Positions 51,988 through 61,491 of a DNA stretch of 64,000 nucleotides are shown piece by piece. The translations under genes were made by a program, and so were the position numbers. The stretch's first letter is position 1, and the number at the start of each line of letters is the position of its first letter. The DNA is from Desulfomonilia bacterium. Its GTDB lineage: Bacteria; Desulfobacterota; Desulfomonilia; UBA1062. Below the pieces are notes generated by a model, which ran no database searches, had not been told where the DNA came from, and saw only the letters and a program-made list of their open reading frames with translations. The stretch lies in NCBI GenBank assembly GCA_050014195.1, contig JBEKDT010000001.1, forward strand, positions 352,001 to 416,000, in the 5' to 3' direction.

Positions 51988-53049
51988 TTAACCAGTAATG
52001 CTTGACCACCTCGACACGGCATTCATATCCAGGGTTGCATAATGACCATCCCTGAAATGTCTAAGGCTCGCGATCCCTATCATGACTGCGTTATCGGTAC
52101 AATACTTCCTCTCAGGGATGACGAGGCGTATCCCCTCTTCTGCGGTCTTCTGTTGCAGTGCCTCGCGCAAGGCCGTGTTGCTCGCCACCCCACCCGATAC
52201 TACGATGAGTTCCATGCCGTGATCCTTTGCAGCCTTGATGGCCTTGGTCACGAGCACATCCACCACTGCCGCTTGAAAGGCTGCAGCGATCACGGGTATG
52301 AGCTGCTCTTTGCCGGGCCTGGGCTTCTTCGGTTCAGGCAGTCCTGAAAACCGAAGATCGAGTCCGTCAAAGATCTCGGACTTGATCACGAGATTCAGGA
52401 CCGCAGTCTTGAGCCCGGAGAAGCTGAAGTCATAACTGTTGTCGTTCATCATGGGCCGCGGCAGGTCAATGCCGCTGTGGTCCACGCCTGTTGCAATCTT
52501 CTCGATCATCACACCGCCCGGGTAGCCCAGGTTCAGGAGCTTTGCCACCTTGTCAAAGGCCTCTCCGGCTGCATCATCGATGGTCTGACCGATCTGGGTG
52601 ATATTGGTTTCACTTTGGACGTTATAGAGCGACGTATGACCGCCGGAGACCACCATGCCCATATGTGGATAAGTCAGCTCATGGCCTATCTTGGCTGCAC
52701 ACAGGTGGCCTTCGAGATGGTTGATACCGCACAGAGGAATGCCCAGGCCGTAGGCAAGGGCCTTGCCATAGGAGATCCCCACCAGCAGCGCGCCGATGAG
52801 CCCCGGCCCTTGCGTGACGGCAATGCCGCCAAGGGCTTTGAGAGTGATACCGGAGAGCTTCATGGCCTCATCAACCACGGGTACGATGAGCTCAATGTGC
52901 CTTCGGGATGCAATCTCCGGAACAACACCGCCGAACACGGCATGGTCAGCCACCTGGCTGGCCACCACATCGGAAAGGACCTTGCCTTCGCCTGTTACCA
53001 CAGCGGCAGCAGTCTCATCACAGGAGGTCTCAATGGCAAGGATATACAT
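51988..53049 (-). CDS. tsaD: tRNA t6A synthase TsaD
   Basis: IETSCDET, HLEGH, SGGHT, FSFSGLKT, TDNA. Confidence 0.96.
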   Translation of the reverse strand: MYILAIETSCDETAAAVVTGEGKVLSDVVASQVADHAVFGGVVPEIASRRHIELIVPVVDEAMKLSGITLKALGGIAVTQGPGLIGALLVGISYGKALAYGLGIPLCGINHLEGHLCAAKIGHELTYPHMGMVVSGGHTSLYNVQSETNITQIGQTIDDAAGEAFDKVAKLLNLGYPGGVMIEKIATGVDHSGIDLPRPMMNDNSYDFSFSGLKTAVLNLVIKSEIFDGLDLRFSGLPEPKKPRPGKEQLIPVIAAAFQAAVVDVLVTKAIKAAKDHGMELIVVSGGVASNTALREALQQKTAEEGIRLVIPERKYCTDNAVMIGIASLRHFRDGHYATLDMNAVSRWSSITG

Positions 53050-53097
53050 GGCATCTTCTCATTGGTGATGTTGAGGCCCTCCCACCGGGGAGCCTGG

Positions 53098-53631
53098 TCA
53101 CAGATCGTGACGCGTCAGGAGTGAGCGGACTTCATAGCCCAGGGCCTCAATAGCCTCTCTCCCGCCCTCGCACCGGTCGAAAATCGCCACCACCAGCTCG
53201 ATCTCAAGGCCTGCCTCCTTGATGCGCTCTATGGCTGAGATGGTGCTGGCACCGGTGGTGATGACATCCTCTACAACGATGGCTCGCTGACCGGGCTTGA
53301 TGGGCCCCTCTATCACATTTCCCGTTCCATGTGTCTTTTGGTTCTTGCGTACGAGGAAGGCCATGATCTCCCTCCCCTCCTGATAAGCAGCCAGGCTTGT
53401 TGCAACAGCAATCGGGTCTGCGCCGACGGACATGCCGCCCACCGCATCCACCTTCCTGTTTTTGATGATGTCGGAGATGAGCGAGCCGATAATGGATGCA
53501 CCGACAGGATTCAGCGTCACCTTGCGAAGGTCCACATAGAGGTCGGATTCCTTACCCGATGAAAGCGTGAACTTGCCGAACTTCACTGCATCGTGCCTGA
53601 TGATTTCTTTAAGCTGGTCGATCTTATTCAT
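53098..53631 (-). CDS. pyrE: Orotate phosphoribosyltransferase
   Basis: FTLSSG..S..YVD, VEDVITTGAS PRPP-binding motif. Confidence 0.93.
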   Translation of the reverse strand: MNKIDQLKEIIRHDAVKFGKFTLSSGKESDLYVDLRKVTLNPVGASIIGSLISDIIKNRKVDAVGGMSVGADPIAVATSLAAYQEGREIMAFLVRKNQKTHGTGNVIEGPIKPGQRAIVVEDVITTGASTISAIERIKEAGLEIELVVAIFDRCEGGREAIEALGYEVRSLLTRHDL

Positions 53632-54919
53632 GGAAGACCCTTTCAAAGATGGTGTGTATATGGGCAAGGTGGTGGGAGAGGTCAAAGAGGTCTTCGATCT
53701 CCTTTTTCCCAAGCACCTTCATGATGTCTTTATCCTTCTTAAGTAGTGTTTTGAAATCTGTATCGCCCTCCCAGACCTTTAAGGCATTGCGCTGAACCCA
53801 TGCATAGGCCTCATCTCGCTGTATCCCCTTTTCAACCAGCGCCAGAAGCACGTTCTGTGAGTGCCACAGGCCCTTGGTGAGCTCCAGGTTCTTTTTGATA
53901 TTCTCAGGGAAGACTCTAAGTCCTTCAATGATGGCTGTTAGCCTTGTGAGCATAAAATCAAGAACGGTTGTTGCATCCGGGCCGATGACCCGTTCAACGC
54001 TTGAGTGGCTGATGTCGCGTTCGTGCCACAACGCCACGTCTTCCAGGGCCGAGACGCAGTAACCTCGCAGCAGGCGTGCAAGCCCGGTGATATTCTCAGA
54101 GCCTATAGGGTTCTTTTTGTGCGGCATGGCGGATGAGCCCTTCTGGCCTTTGCCGAATGGCTCCATGGCCTCCAGCACTTCGGTACGCTGGAGGTGTCTG
54201 ATCTCGGTGGCGATCTTCTCCAGGCTTGCCCCAATGATGGCGAGCGTGGCAAAGAACTGCGCATGCCTGTCACGCTGAAGTACCTGGGTGCTGATGGGTG
54301 CAGGCTTCAAGCCCAGCCTCTTGCATACATATGCTTCCACACTTGGGGGCACGTTGGCGAAGGTGCCCACAACACCGGATATCTTTCCGTAGGCGATTAT
54401 ATCAAGGGCATCCTCCATACGTTTGAGGTTCCGCTCCATCTCAGCATACCATAAGGCGAACTTGAGACCGAATGTGATGGGTTCTGCATGGATCCCATGG
54501 GACCTGCCCATGGCAGGGGTATCCCTGAATTCATAAGCCCTCTTCTTGAGCGCCGCCATGAGACCTTTGATGTCTTCGAGGATAACAATGCTGCTCTCTT
54601 TGAGCTGCAGGGCATAGGCCGTGTCCAGCACATCGGAAGAGGTGAGCCCCATATGGATGAACCGGGCATCCTCGCCCACGTATTCACCCACGCAGCTTAC
54701 GAATGCGATGACATCATGGCGGGTTACGGCCTCAATCTCTTCGATGCGCACCATGGTAAAGCGTGCCTTTTTCTTGATGGTCGCAAGACTTTTCTTGGGG
54801 ATCCTACCGAGTTTTGCCCAAGCCTCGCACGCGGCCATCTCCACATCGAGCCATTTCTGGTAACGGTTCTCATCGGACCAGATCACTTGAAGCTGTTTCC
54901 TGGTATATCGTGGTATCAC
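53624..54919 (-). CDS. purB: Adenylosuccinate lyase
   Basis: RHDVIAF, GRSHGIHAEP, GSSAMPHKKNP, HERDISHSS. Confidence 0.96.
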   Translation of the reverse strand: MIPRYTRKQLQVIWSDENRYQKWLDVEMAACEAWAKLGRIPKKSLATIKKKARFTMVRIEEIEAVTRHDVIAFVSCVGEYVGEDARFIHMGLTSSDVLDTAYALQLKESSIVILEDIKGLMAALKKRAYEFRDTPAMGRSHGIHAEPITFGLKFALWYAEMERNLKRMEDALDIIAYGKISGVVGTFANVPPSVEAYVCKRLGLKPAPISTQVLQRDRHAQFFATLAIIGASLEKIATEIRHLQRTEVLEAMEPFGKGQKGSSAMPHKKNPIGSENITGLARLLRGYCVSALEDVALWHERDISHSSVERVIGPDATTVLDFMLTRLTAIIEGLRVFPENIKKNLELTKGLWHSQNVLLALVEKGIQRDEAYAWVQRNALKVWEGDTDFKTLLKKDKDIMKVLGKKEIEDLFDLSHHLAHIHTIFERVFHE

Positions 54920-55839
54920 TTCTTCATTACCCTCCGGTCGATCATGTAATTGCTTCCCTCAAGCCCCTTGAGATACTTTTTGATGTCAGTTGCATCCTGT
55001 GAGGCCTGACCATAATGGGTGTAGTGTGCGCCTTCATTGTGAATAACCGCAATGGATATGGTCATAACGGAGTATTCCCGCACTTTGCCGTCCCTTTCTG
55101 AAGATACAATGACTCCCTGGTCCAGGTCTTCGTCATCGTAGAAGTTCCTGATGACCATATCGAACCTGGAGATCATCTCTTCACACAAAGACCTGACACG
55201 ATCACCAGGGCAGATGAATACGAAATCGTCCCCGCCGATATGGCCCACGAAAGTCTTCTCCTCATTGATCTCTTTGAGGGCATTCGCGATGATCCTGCCG
55301 GTGGCGATAATGACCTCATCCCCCCGGGAATAACCATAGCGATCATTGAAGGGCTTGAAGTTGTCTATGTCCACCCATGCAATGGCAATTTCCTCGCCCG
55401 CATCAAACATGCCCTGGATATACCGGATGATGGACTCATTCCCGGGCAGCCTGGTGAGCGGGTTCATATCCACTTCCCGTATGGCCCGCTTGAATATGAA
55501 CTGGATGCGCCGCTTGATGGAAAGATCACTCTCGTCTGTGTCGAGATAATCATCAATGGAGATGTCCTGCCAGGGAGCGGCCTCGAGCTCAGACTTGCCC
55601 AGAAAGGCCACGATGGGGACGTGTCCGAAAATGGTGTTGCTCCTGAATTCCCGTACGATCCCTCCCCCCTTGGACAACAAATACCCGCCATCGATGAGTA
55701 TGAGGTCCGGGGGGTCCATGTAGATCATGGAGATAACATCCTGGTTCCCTGTCATGACCTGAAAAGAGTCGAACATGGAGTCTATGAGCTCACTGAAATG
55801 GTTGTCAGCACTTTCCTGTACGATAAAAACGGCCCTCAC
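54916..55839 (-). CDS. Receiver-like domain plus GGDEF diguanylate cyclase
   Basis: NPLTRLPGN, DIDNFKPFNDRYG, GHIGGDDF; degenerate receiver N-terminus. Start uncertain (GTG 55839 or ATG 55890). Confidence 0.85.
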   Translation of the reverse strand: MRAVFIVQESADNHFSELIDSMFDSFQVMTGNQDVISMIYMDPPDLILIDGGYLLSKGGGIVREFRSNTIFGHVPIVAFLGKSELEAAPWQDISIDDYLDTDESDLSIKRRIQFIFKRAIREVDMNPLTRLPGNESIIRYIQGMFDAGEEIAIAWVDIDNFKPFNDRYGYSRGDEVIIATGRIIANALKEINEEKTFVGHIGGDDFVFICPGDRVRSLCEEMISRFDMVIRNFYDDEDLDQGVIVSSERDGKVREYSVMTISIAVIHNEGAHYTHYGQASQDATDIKKYLKGLEGSNYMIDRRVMKK

Positions 55840-55843
55840 ATTA

Positions 55844-56689
55844 TCACTCCACAGGCCCCTGTTGATACATTTCCACTTCCTCAAGATCATCCATTATCCG
55901 TTTCATGAGCTTTGGCAGATCCACGTTATCCATCCCTATAGTGTCCCATGCCTTGTGAGAAATTTGTCCCACCCACGGATCCCCTCCGTTGCCGATGCCG
56001 CAGGCCCTCACGATTGCGTCTGCGATGTGTACCACTGCTACCCTGTCCTTGAATCTCACGGCGGCGTCCGGATCGTGGTGTCCTGCAATGGGGATAGCAA
56101 GCTTTTCCGGCAGGTTCCATTCCCTTGAAAGCCACTGGCCTATCTCGGAGTGGTCAACGCCTAAGATCTCGATCTCGGCCTCGCGGAAAGAGATCTGCTT
56201 GGCATTCACCACATCCACAATCTTGTCATAGTCCGCCGTCAGGGAGACCCTCACCAGGACCTTGCCGATATCATGGAGCAGGGCAGCAGTGGATATCTCC
56301 TCCGGCTCACTCAAGCCTAAAGTCCTGCTGATGGTGCCGGAAACAATGGCCGCTCCCAGCGAGTGCTCCCAGAGCCCTACCATGGTGCGCTCCATGAGGT
56401 CAAATACCGATGCCGACAGGACCACGCCCTTGATCACGTTGAATCCCAAGAGGATGATGGCATGACTGATGGAAGAAATCCTGCCCGGGAACCCGTAAAA
56501 AGGTGAATTCACCAGCTTGAGCACCCGGGCACCCAGGACCTGGTCCGACGAGATGAGCTTGCCCACATCCTTGGGTGAGACATCGGGGCTTTCCACCATG
56601 GTCATGAGCTTCTCCACCACCTTGGGAAGCGTTGGCAGGCTCTGGATTTTCCGGGCGAGTACCTTCAGGTGCTGGACCTTGGTGCTCAT
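55844..56689 (-). CDS. HDOD domain protein
   Basis: LPTLP, LKLVNSPFYG, LWEHS, LLHDIGK, DHSEIG..L...WNLP. Confidence 0.9.
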   Translation of the reverse strand: MSTKVQHLKVLARKIQSLPTLPKVVEKLMTMVESPDVSPKDVGKLISSDQVLGARVLKLVNSPFYGFPGRISSISHAIILLGFNVIKGVVLSASVFDLMERTMVGLWEHSLGAAIVSGTISRTLGLSEPEEISTAALLHDIGKVLVRVSLTADYDKIVDVVNAKQISFREAEIEILGVDHSEIGQWLSREWNLPEKLAIPIAGHHDPDAAVRFKDRVAVVHIADAIVRACGIGNGGDPWVGQISHKAWDTIGMDNVDLPKLMKRIMDDLEEVEMYQQGPVE

Positions 56690-57033
56690 GGTCGGCCTCC
56701 TTCCGTAGCGCACTCAGCTTCCTTTTCGGCCTCCAGGGACAAGATGGCGCTCTCAATGGCTGATTGGATCTTCTGCATGAGGGGGTCGTCCTGAACCCGG
56801 GAGAACCTCATCTTCAGCTCTTCGATCTTCTGCTCCTTGGTCTTGGTTTCACACCCGAGATCCACAGGATGCCCTTTCAGGGTAACATGTGAGACATTCA
56901 TCCGCTTGAGCCGTTCGATGATGGTGTCGCTCAGCTCGGTGCCCTCGGCGCACAGCGCCATGCCGGCCTCGTTGGTAATAGGCCTGGCCAGCACCATACC
57001 GGGTTTCACCAGTTCTATGGGAACCTTCTGCAT
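56686..57033 (-). CDS. Small protein resembling the N-terminal (DUF3391-like) module of HD-GYP proteins
   Basis: KVPIELVKPGMVLARPI...GTELSDTIIERL; AAGGAGG RBS. Confidence 0.65.
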   Translation of the reverse strand: MQKVPIELVKPGMVLARPITNEAGMALCAEGTELSDTIIERLKRMNVSHVTLKGHPVDLGCETKTKEQKIEELKMRFSRVQDDPLMQKIQSAIESAILSLEAEKEAECATEGGRP

Positions 57034-57052
57034 AAGCGCCTCCTTAAAGTAC

Positions 57053-58960
57053 TTACTTAACCCGCGCACCAACCTTGGGTGCCTGATCAAAGCTTAAAAG
57101 CGTCAAAGACCCGCCTGCTCCGTCGGTAGCGAGTAACATGCCTTCGCTTGCAAGCCCCATGAGTTTTGCAGGTTTCAGGTTTGTCACTACCGCAATATGC
57201 TTGCCTGCAAGTTCTTCGGGCTTATATGACTTCCCGATACCGGCAACGATCTGGATGGTCCTTCCCACATCCACCTTAAGGATTATGAGCTTATCGGACT
57301 TCTCCACTGCCTGAGCCTCCATGATCCTGCCGGCCTTGATCTCGACACGGCCGAACTCGCTGATGTCGATGAGGTTCTCCGGTGCATGGTCCGCCTTCTT
57401 GCCGGTCTTGACCTTTGGTTCCTCTTTCTGCTCACCCATTTTTCCCACCCTGGGGAACAGGGCCTGGACCTGGCCGATCTTCACCCCCGGCATAAGCTGC
57501 CCGAATGTGCTCAGGCCGGCAAGAGAAACATCGCCGTTTGTCCCGATGAGCTTAAGGATTTTCCTTGATATCCCGGGCATCACCGGGAAGACAAGCACCG
57601 AGACAAACCGTATGGATTCCATGATATGGTACATGACCGTAGCTAGCCGCTGCATATTATTCTTGGCCAATTCCCAGGGCGCGGTGCGGTCGATGTACTT
57701 ATTCAGGGCCGAGACCAGAGACCACACGGACATGAGTGCCGTGTGGAGCTCCAAGGATACCATCTTTACCATGTAGTCGTCCCTGACCTTCTCGGCAAGC
57801 TCACTGAGCTCTCTGTCCATATCCTGGGCGGCTCCATCTGCAGCCGGAAGGATGCCGCCAAAGTACTTGGACACCATCATCGTACTCCTGCTCACCAGGT
57901 TGCCAAGGTCATTGGCCAGGTCCGCGTTGTAGCGCTCGATGAGGGCCTCTTCCGAGAAGTTGGAGTCGAGCCCGAAGACCATGTCGCGGACCAAAAAGTA
58001 ACGGAAGGCATCCACCCCGTATTTGTTCTTCATCTCGAGCGGGTCCACCACATTGCCCAGGCTCTTGGACATCTTGGTGGCATCAACGTTCCAGAAGCCG
58101 TGTACATTGAGATGCTTGTAGGGCTCGACCCCTATGGCCTTCAACATAGTTGGCCAGTACACGGCATGGGGTTTGAGGATGTCTTTACCAACGAGATGCT
58201 GGGTTTCCTTCCAGAAGTCCTTGAATTGTTCACCATCAGGGTAGCCGATGCCGGTGAGGTAGTTGATGAGCGCATCAAACCATACATAACAGACAAAATT
58301 GGTGTCAAAGGGCAATTCGATCCCCCAGGAGAGCCTCTTCTTGGGCCTGGATATACATAGGTCATCAATCGGCTCGCGGAGCATGCCGAGCACTTCATTC
58401 TTATAGCGATCGGGTCTGATGAAGTCTGGGTTGGTCTTGATGTACTCGATGAGCCAGGGCCGGTATTTCTCCATCTTGAAGAAGTAGTTCTGCTCCTGGA
58501 CAAACGTTAAAGGCGTCAGGTGGATGGGGCATTTGCCGTCCACCATCTCGGTCTCGGTCATGAAGCGCTCGCAGCCTGTACAGTAGTGGCCGCCGTATTC
58601 CCCGAAGTAGATGTCTCCTTTGTCGTATACATCCTGAAGGATCCGTTGAACGGTTTTCACGTGATCAGGCTCTGTGGTGCGGATAAAACGGTTGTTCTCC
58701 ACCTGGATCTGGGGCCAGAGGTCGCGAAAGCGCTGGCTGTTTTCATCCGCGAGGGCTTTCGGCGTGGTGCCGAGTTCCTTGGCGGTCTCCATGATCTTGT
58801 CGCCATGCTCGTCCGTGCCGGTGAGAAAGAAGACATCTTCCCCCAGGAGCTTGTGAAAGCGGGCGAGGACATCGGCAATGACCGTAGTGTAGACATGGCC
58901 GAGGTGAGGCTTCGCATTCACATAATAGATGGGAGTGGTAACATAGAAATACTGCTTCAT
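57053..58960 (-). CDS. metG: Methionine--tRNA ligase with C-terminal tRNA-binding domain
   Basis: TTPIYYVN..PHLGH, YVWFDAL, KMSKS, C-terminal NLKPAKLMG..SEGM. Confidence 0.97.
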   Translation of the reverse strand: MKQYFYVTTPIYYVNAKPHLGHVYTTVIADVLARFHKLLGEDVFFLTGTDEHGDKIMETAKELGTTPKALADENSQRFRDLWPQIQVENNRFIRTTEPDHVKTVQRILQDVYDKGDIYFGEYGGHYCTGCERFMTETEMVDGKCPIHLTPLTFVQEQNYFFKMEKYRPWLIEYIKTNPDFIRPDRYKNEVLGMLREPIDDLCISRPKKRLSWGIELPFDTNFVCYVWFDALINYLTGIGYPDGEQFKDFWKETQHLVGKDILKPHAVYWPTMLKAIGVEPYKHLNVHGFWNVDATKMSKSLGNVVDPLEMKNKYGVDAFRYFLVRDMVFGLDSNFSEEALIERYNADLANDLGNLVSRSTMMVSKYFGGILPAADGAAQDMDRELSELAEKVRDDYMVKMVSLELHTALMSVWSLVSALNKYIDRTAPWELAKNNMQRLATVMYHIMESIRFVSVLVFPVMPGISRKILKLIGTNGDVSLAGLSTFGQLMPGVKIGQVQALFPRVGKMGEQKEEPKVKTGKKADHAPENLIDISEFGRVEIKAGRIMEAQAVEKSDKLIILKVDVGRTIQIVAGIGKSYKPEELAGKHIAVVTNLKPAKLMGLASEGMLLATDGAGGSLTLLSFDQAPKVGARVK

Positions 58961-59973
58961 GAGCCCTTGCTCCTTTTTTTCCGTGCGTTGCGGTTGCGTG
59001 ACCTCTTTCTCTTCGGTTTGGGCTTGATGGCGATCATGGGCTGCATGGGAAGCTCTTCTGCCGCCCGTTCTTCTTCCATGAGGACCTCCCTCTCCTTATC
59101 CTGGGCCGGGGATTTCTGGTCGCCGAGTTGCTGAAATTCTTCCTCGGTGAGGATATCCGAGACATTGGCCTTGACGAATCGCCTGTCCGTAAGTTTTGCC
59201 ACAAAGGTCTGGTTGATGACATTGATGCTCACCACGGTAGCTTCACCCTCATCGAGATAGACCTTTTTGCCCGGCTTGGGGAGATTCTCGATAAGGTTTG
59301 CATAGGACTCCTTTTCGTAGGCCAGGCAGCACTTGAGCTTACCGCACAACCCAGAGATCTTGGTTGGGTTCAGCGTCATGTTCTGGTTCTTCGCCATCTT
59401 CACGGATATCCGCTGGAAGTTCGTCAGGAAGGTGGCGCAGCAGAGCTCCCTGCCGCAGCTCCCGATTCCGCCGAGCATAGCGGACTCCTGTCTGGTTCCT
59501 ACCTGCCTCAGCTCGATCCTGGTGTGGTAATGCTCCACCAGGTCTTTGAGCAGTTCCCTGAAATCCACCCTTCCCTCTGAAACGAAGGAGAAGGTGATCT
59601 TATTCTCATCAAAGAGCTGCTCTACCCATATGAGCTTCATGGGCAATCCCCGGGCACTGATCCGCTCAAGACAGAATGCATAGCATTCTTTTTCCTTGGC
59701 ATGAATCCGCTCGAGCTTTTCTGTATCCTCTACCGTCATCTTGCGGATGACCGGTTTGATCTCTTCCAGCCCGGAGGCTTCATCCTCTCTTGTGTATCCC
59801 ATGACCCGTGCCGCACAGAGCCCCGCCTCAGTGCTCACGATGACCATCTCCCCCTGGTTGAGCTCAAGGTCCAGAGCATCAAAGATGTATGGGGTCGGTA
59901 TACTATCGAATCTCACACACACGAGTCGTCTTGGTTTTTCTCTATTTTCCATCAATACCATGTTAGCAACCAT
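58957..59973 (-). CDS. PSP1/YaaT (RicT-like) protein
   Basis: RVDFRELL, GSCGRELCC, SGLCGKLKCCLAYE. Confidence 0.9.
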   Translation of the reverse strand: MVANMVLMENREKPRRLVCVRFDSIPTPYIFDALDLELNQGEMVIVSTEAGLCAARVMGYTREDEASGLEEIKPVIRKMTVEDTEKLERIHAKEKECYAFCLERISARGLPMKLIWVEQLFDENKITFSFVSEGRVDFRELLKDLVEHYHTRIELRQVGTRQESAMLGGIGSCGRELCCATFLTNFQRISVKMAKNQNMTLNPTKISGLCGKLKCCLAYEKESYANLIENLPKPGKKVYLDEGEATVVSINVINQTFVAKLTDRRFVKANVSDILTEEEFQQLGDQKSPAQDKEREVLMEEERAAEELPMQPMIAIKPKPKRKRSRNRNARKKRSKGS

Positions 59974-60069
59974 ACATCATATATTTCAAGTGCATCTTTG
60001 AGAGAAGTTGATCATTGAGGATATTTATGTGATAAGTGGACTAGTCAGCGCGTCCTTTACGGAGATAAT

Positions 60070-60699
60070 ATGACACTTTGGGAGTTTTTTATAAAAGGCG
60101 GCCCCTTGATGTGGCCTCTGTTTGCATGCTCCATCATCGCTTTTACCATTATTATAGAACGGCTGTTCGCCCTACGACACGACCAGATCATCCCCAAGGA
60201 ACTTGTCGAAGAGGTGGAGAGGCTCATCCGTTTGGGGAGGCTTGGTGATATTGAGCAGCTCCTGAAGAAGAGCTCCTCCCCCATGTGCCCCATCATCATG
60301 ACCGCCGTCAAGAATGCCGGCCTCCGCCGCGAGGTCATCAAGGAATACATGGAGGAAGCAGGTGCGACGGAAGGATATACCATGGAGCGGTATATCGACA
60401 TCTTGGGCATCATTGCAGCGATCGCTCCTCTGCTCGGATTTTTGGGTACCGTCGCGGGCATGTTCACCTCGTTTAAGGCAATGAGCACAACCCTTGAGCA
60501 CTCCAGCCGGCTCTTCGCCTCAGGCATCTCAGAGTCCCTCATTACAACGGTTATGGGTCTAGCAATCGCAATACCGGTATACATATTTTATCGGCTTCTC
60601 ATTGCACGCAGCGACTACCTCCTCATGGAGATGGAAATGACCTCTGCAAGAATCCTCGAATGCCTGAAGGGTGAAACATATGAGGTTCAGACGGAATAA
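60070..60699 (+). CDS. MotA/TolQ/ExbB proton channel protein
   Basis: APLLGFLGTV.GM, GISESLITT..GL.IAIP. Confidence 0.92.
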   Translation: MTLWEFFIKGGPLMWPLFACSIIAFTIIIERLFALRHDQIIPKELVEEVERLIRLGRLGDIEQLLKKSSSPMCPIIMTAVKNAGLRREVIKEYMEEAGATEGYTMERYIDILGIIAAIAPLLGFLGTVAGMFTSFKAMSTTLEHSSRLFASGISESLITTVMGLAIAIPVYIFYRLLIARSDYLLMEMEMTSARILECLKGETYEVQTE

Positions 60700-61057
60700 A
60701 CACAAAAGAAGAATTGCATTTATCGACACCACACCTGTCGTGAATGTTGTATTTCTGCTCCTGATTTTTTTCCTGCTCTCGATAGGCGTACCGTACGGAC
60801 TGAAATCGGGGTCTATGGCAGGGGCTAGCGGAACTCCCGCTACCGGTCCAATGACCATCATTGTCATGCCTGATAAAGTTCTTATTGATGGCAAACCAGT
60901 GAGCGAACAGGTCCTGCCGGGGCTTCCACATAACAGGGATATCCTTATACTTGCATCTCGGAATATCCCCTATTTCAAAGTAAGTAGTGTCCTGGATGTC
61001 CTGAGAACATCCGGACACACACGGCTTTCACTCTCAACAAGACCCGTAAAGGACTAA
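60680..61057 (+). CDS. ExbD/TolR-like protein
   Basis: IDTTPVVNVVFLLLIFF TM segment; follows the exbB-like gene. Confidence 0.85.
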   Translation: MRFRRNKHKRRIAFIDTTPVVNVVFLLLIFFLLSIGVPYGLKSGSMAGASGTPATGPMTIIVMPDKVLIDGKPVSEQVLPGLPHNRDILILASRNIPYFKVSSVLDVLRTSGHTRLSLSTRPVKD

Positions 61058-61128
61058 GGGCTCGCTTTTTTTCTATCTTGTATCAAAAGGTTTGACTTAG
61101 TAGTATTATCTCATTAATATTATTGAAA

Positions 61129-61491
61129 ATGAAGCGAATCCTCATCATAGAAGACGACAAGAATATCCAGGAGCTACTCCGCCAAGAGCTCAACGATGAA
61201 GGTTATGCCATCACTATTGCCTCAAACGGGAAAGAGGCCTTGTCTGTCTTGAAAGGCAAAGATAATGAGAAGCCGGATCTTATTATCCTTGACCTGAGAA
61301 TGCCGGCCATGGATGGTTTTGAGACCATGGGGCACATCCTGAAGCTTAAAGATGAGACCCCGGTGATCATCCACACGGCATACCCCAGCTACAAGGATGA
61401 TGCACTGGCCATTGCGGCTGACGCGTTTGTCGTGAAGTCACATGATTTAACCAAGTTAAAGAATGCAATCTTTGAATTGATTGGGAAATAA
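61129..61491 (+). CDS. Single-domain response regulator
   Basis: ILIIEDD, LDLRMP, HTAY, VVKS. Confidence 0.9.
   Translation: MKRILIIEDDKNIQELLRQELNDEGYAITIASNGKEALSVLKGKDNEKPDLIILDLRMPAMDGFETMGHILKLKDETPVIIHTAYPSYKDDALAIAADAFVVKSHDLTKLKNAIFELIGK

Noticed and set aside
54916-55839. Possible Hypr (cGAMP-making) GGDEF enzyme
   Set aside because: The signature position retains Asp (FNDRYG), consistent with an ordinary c-di-GMP synthase.
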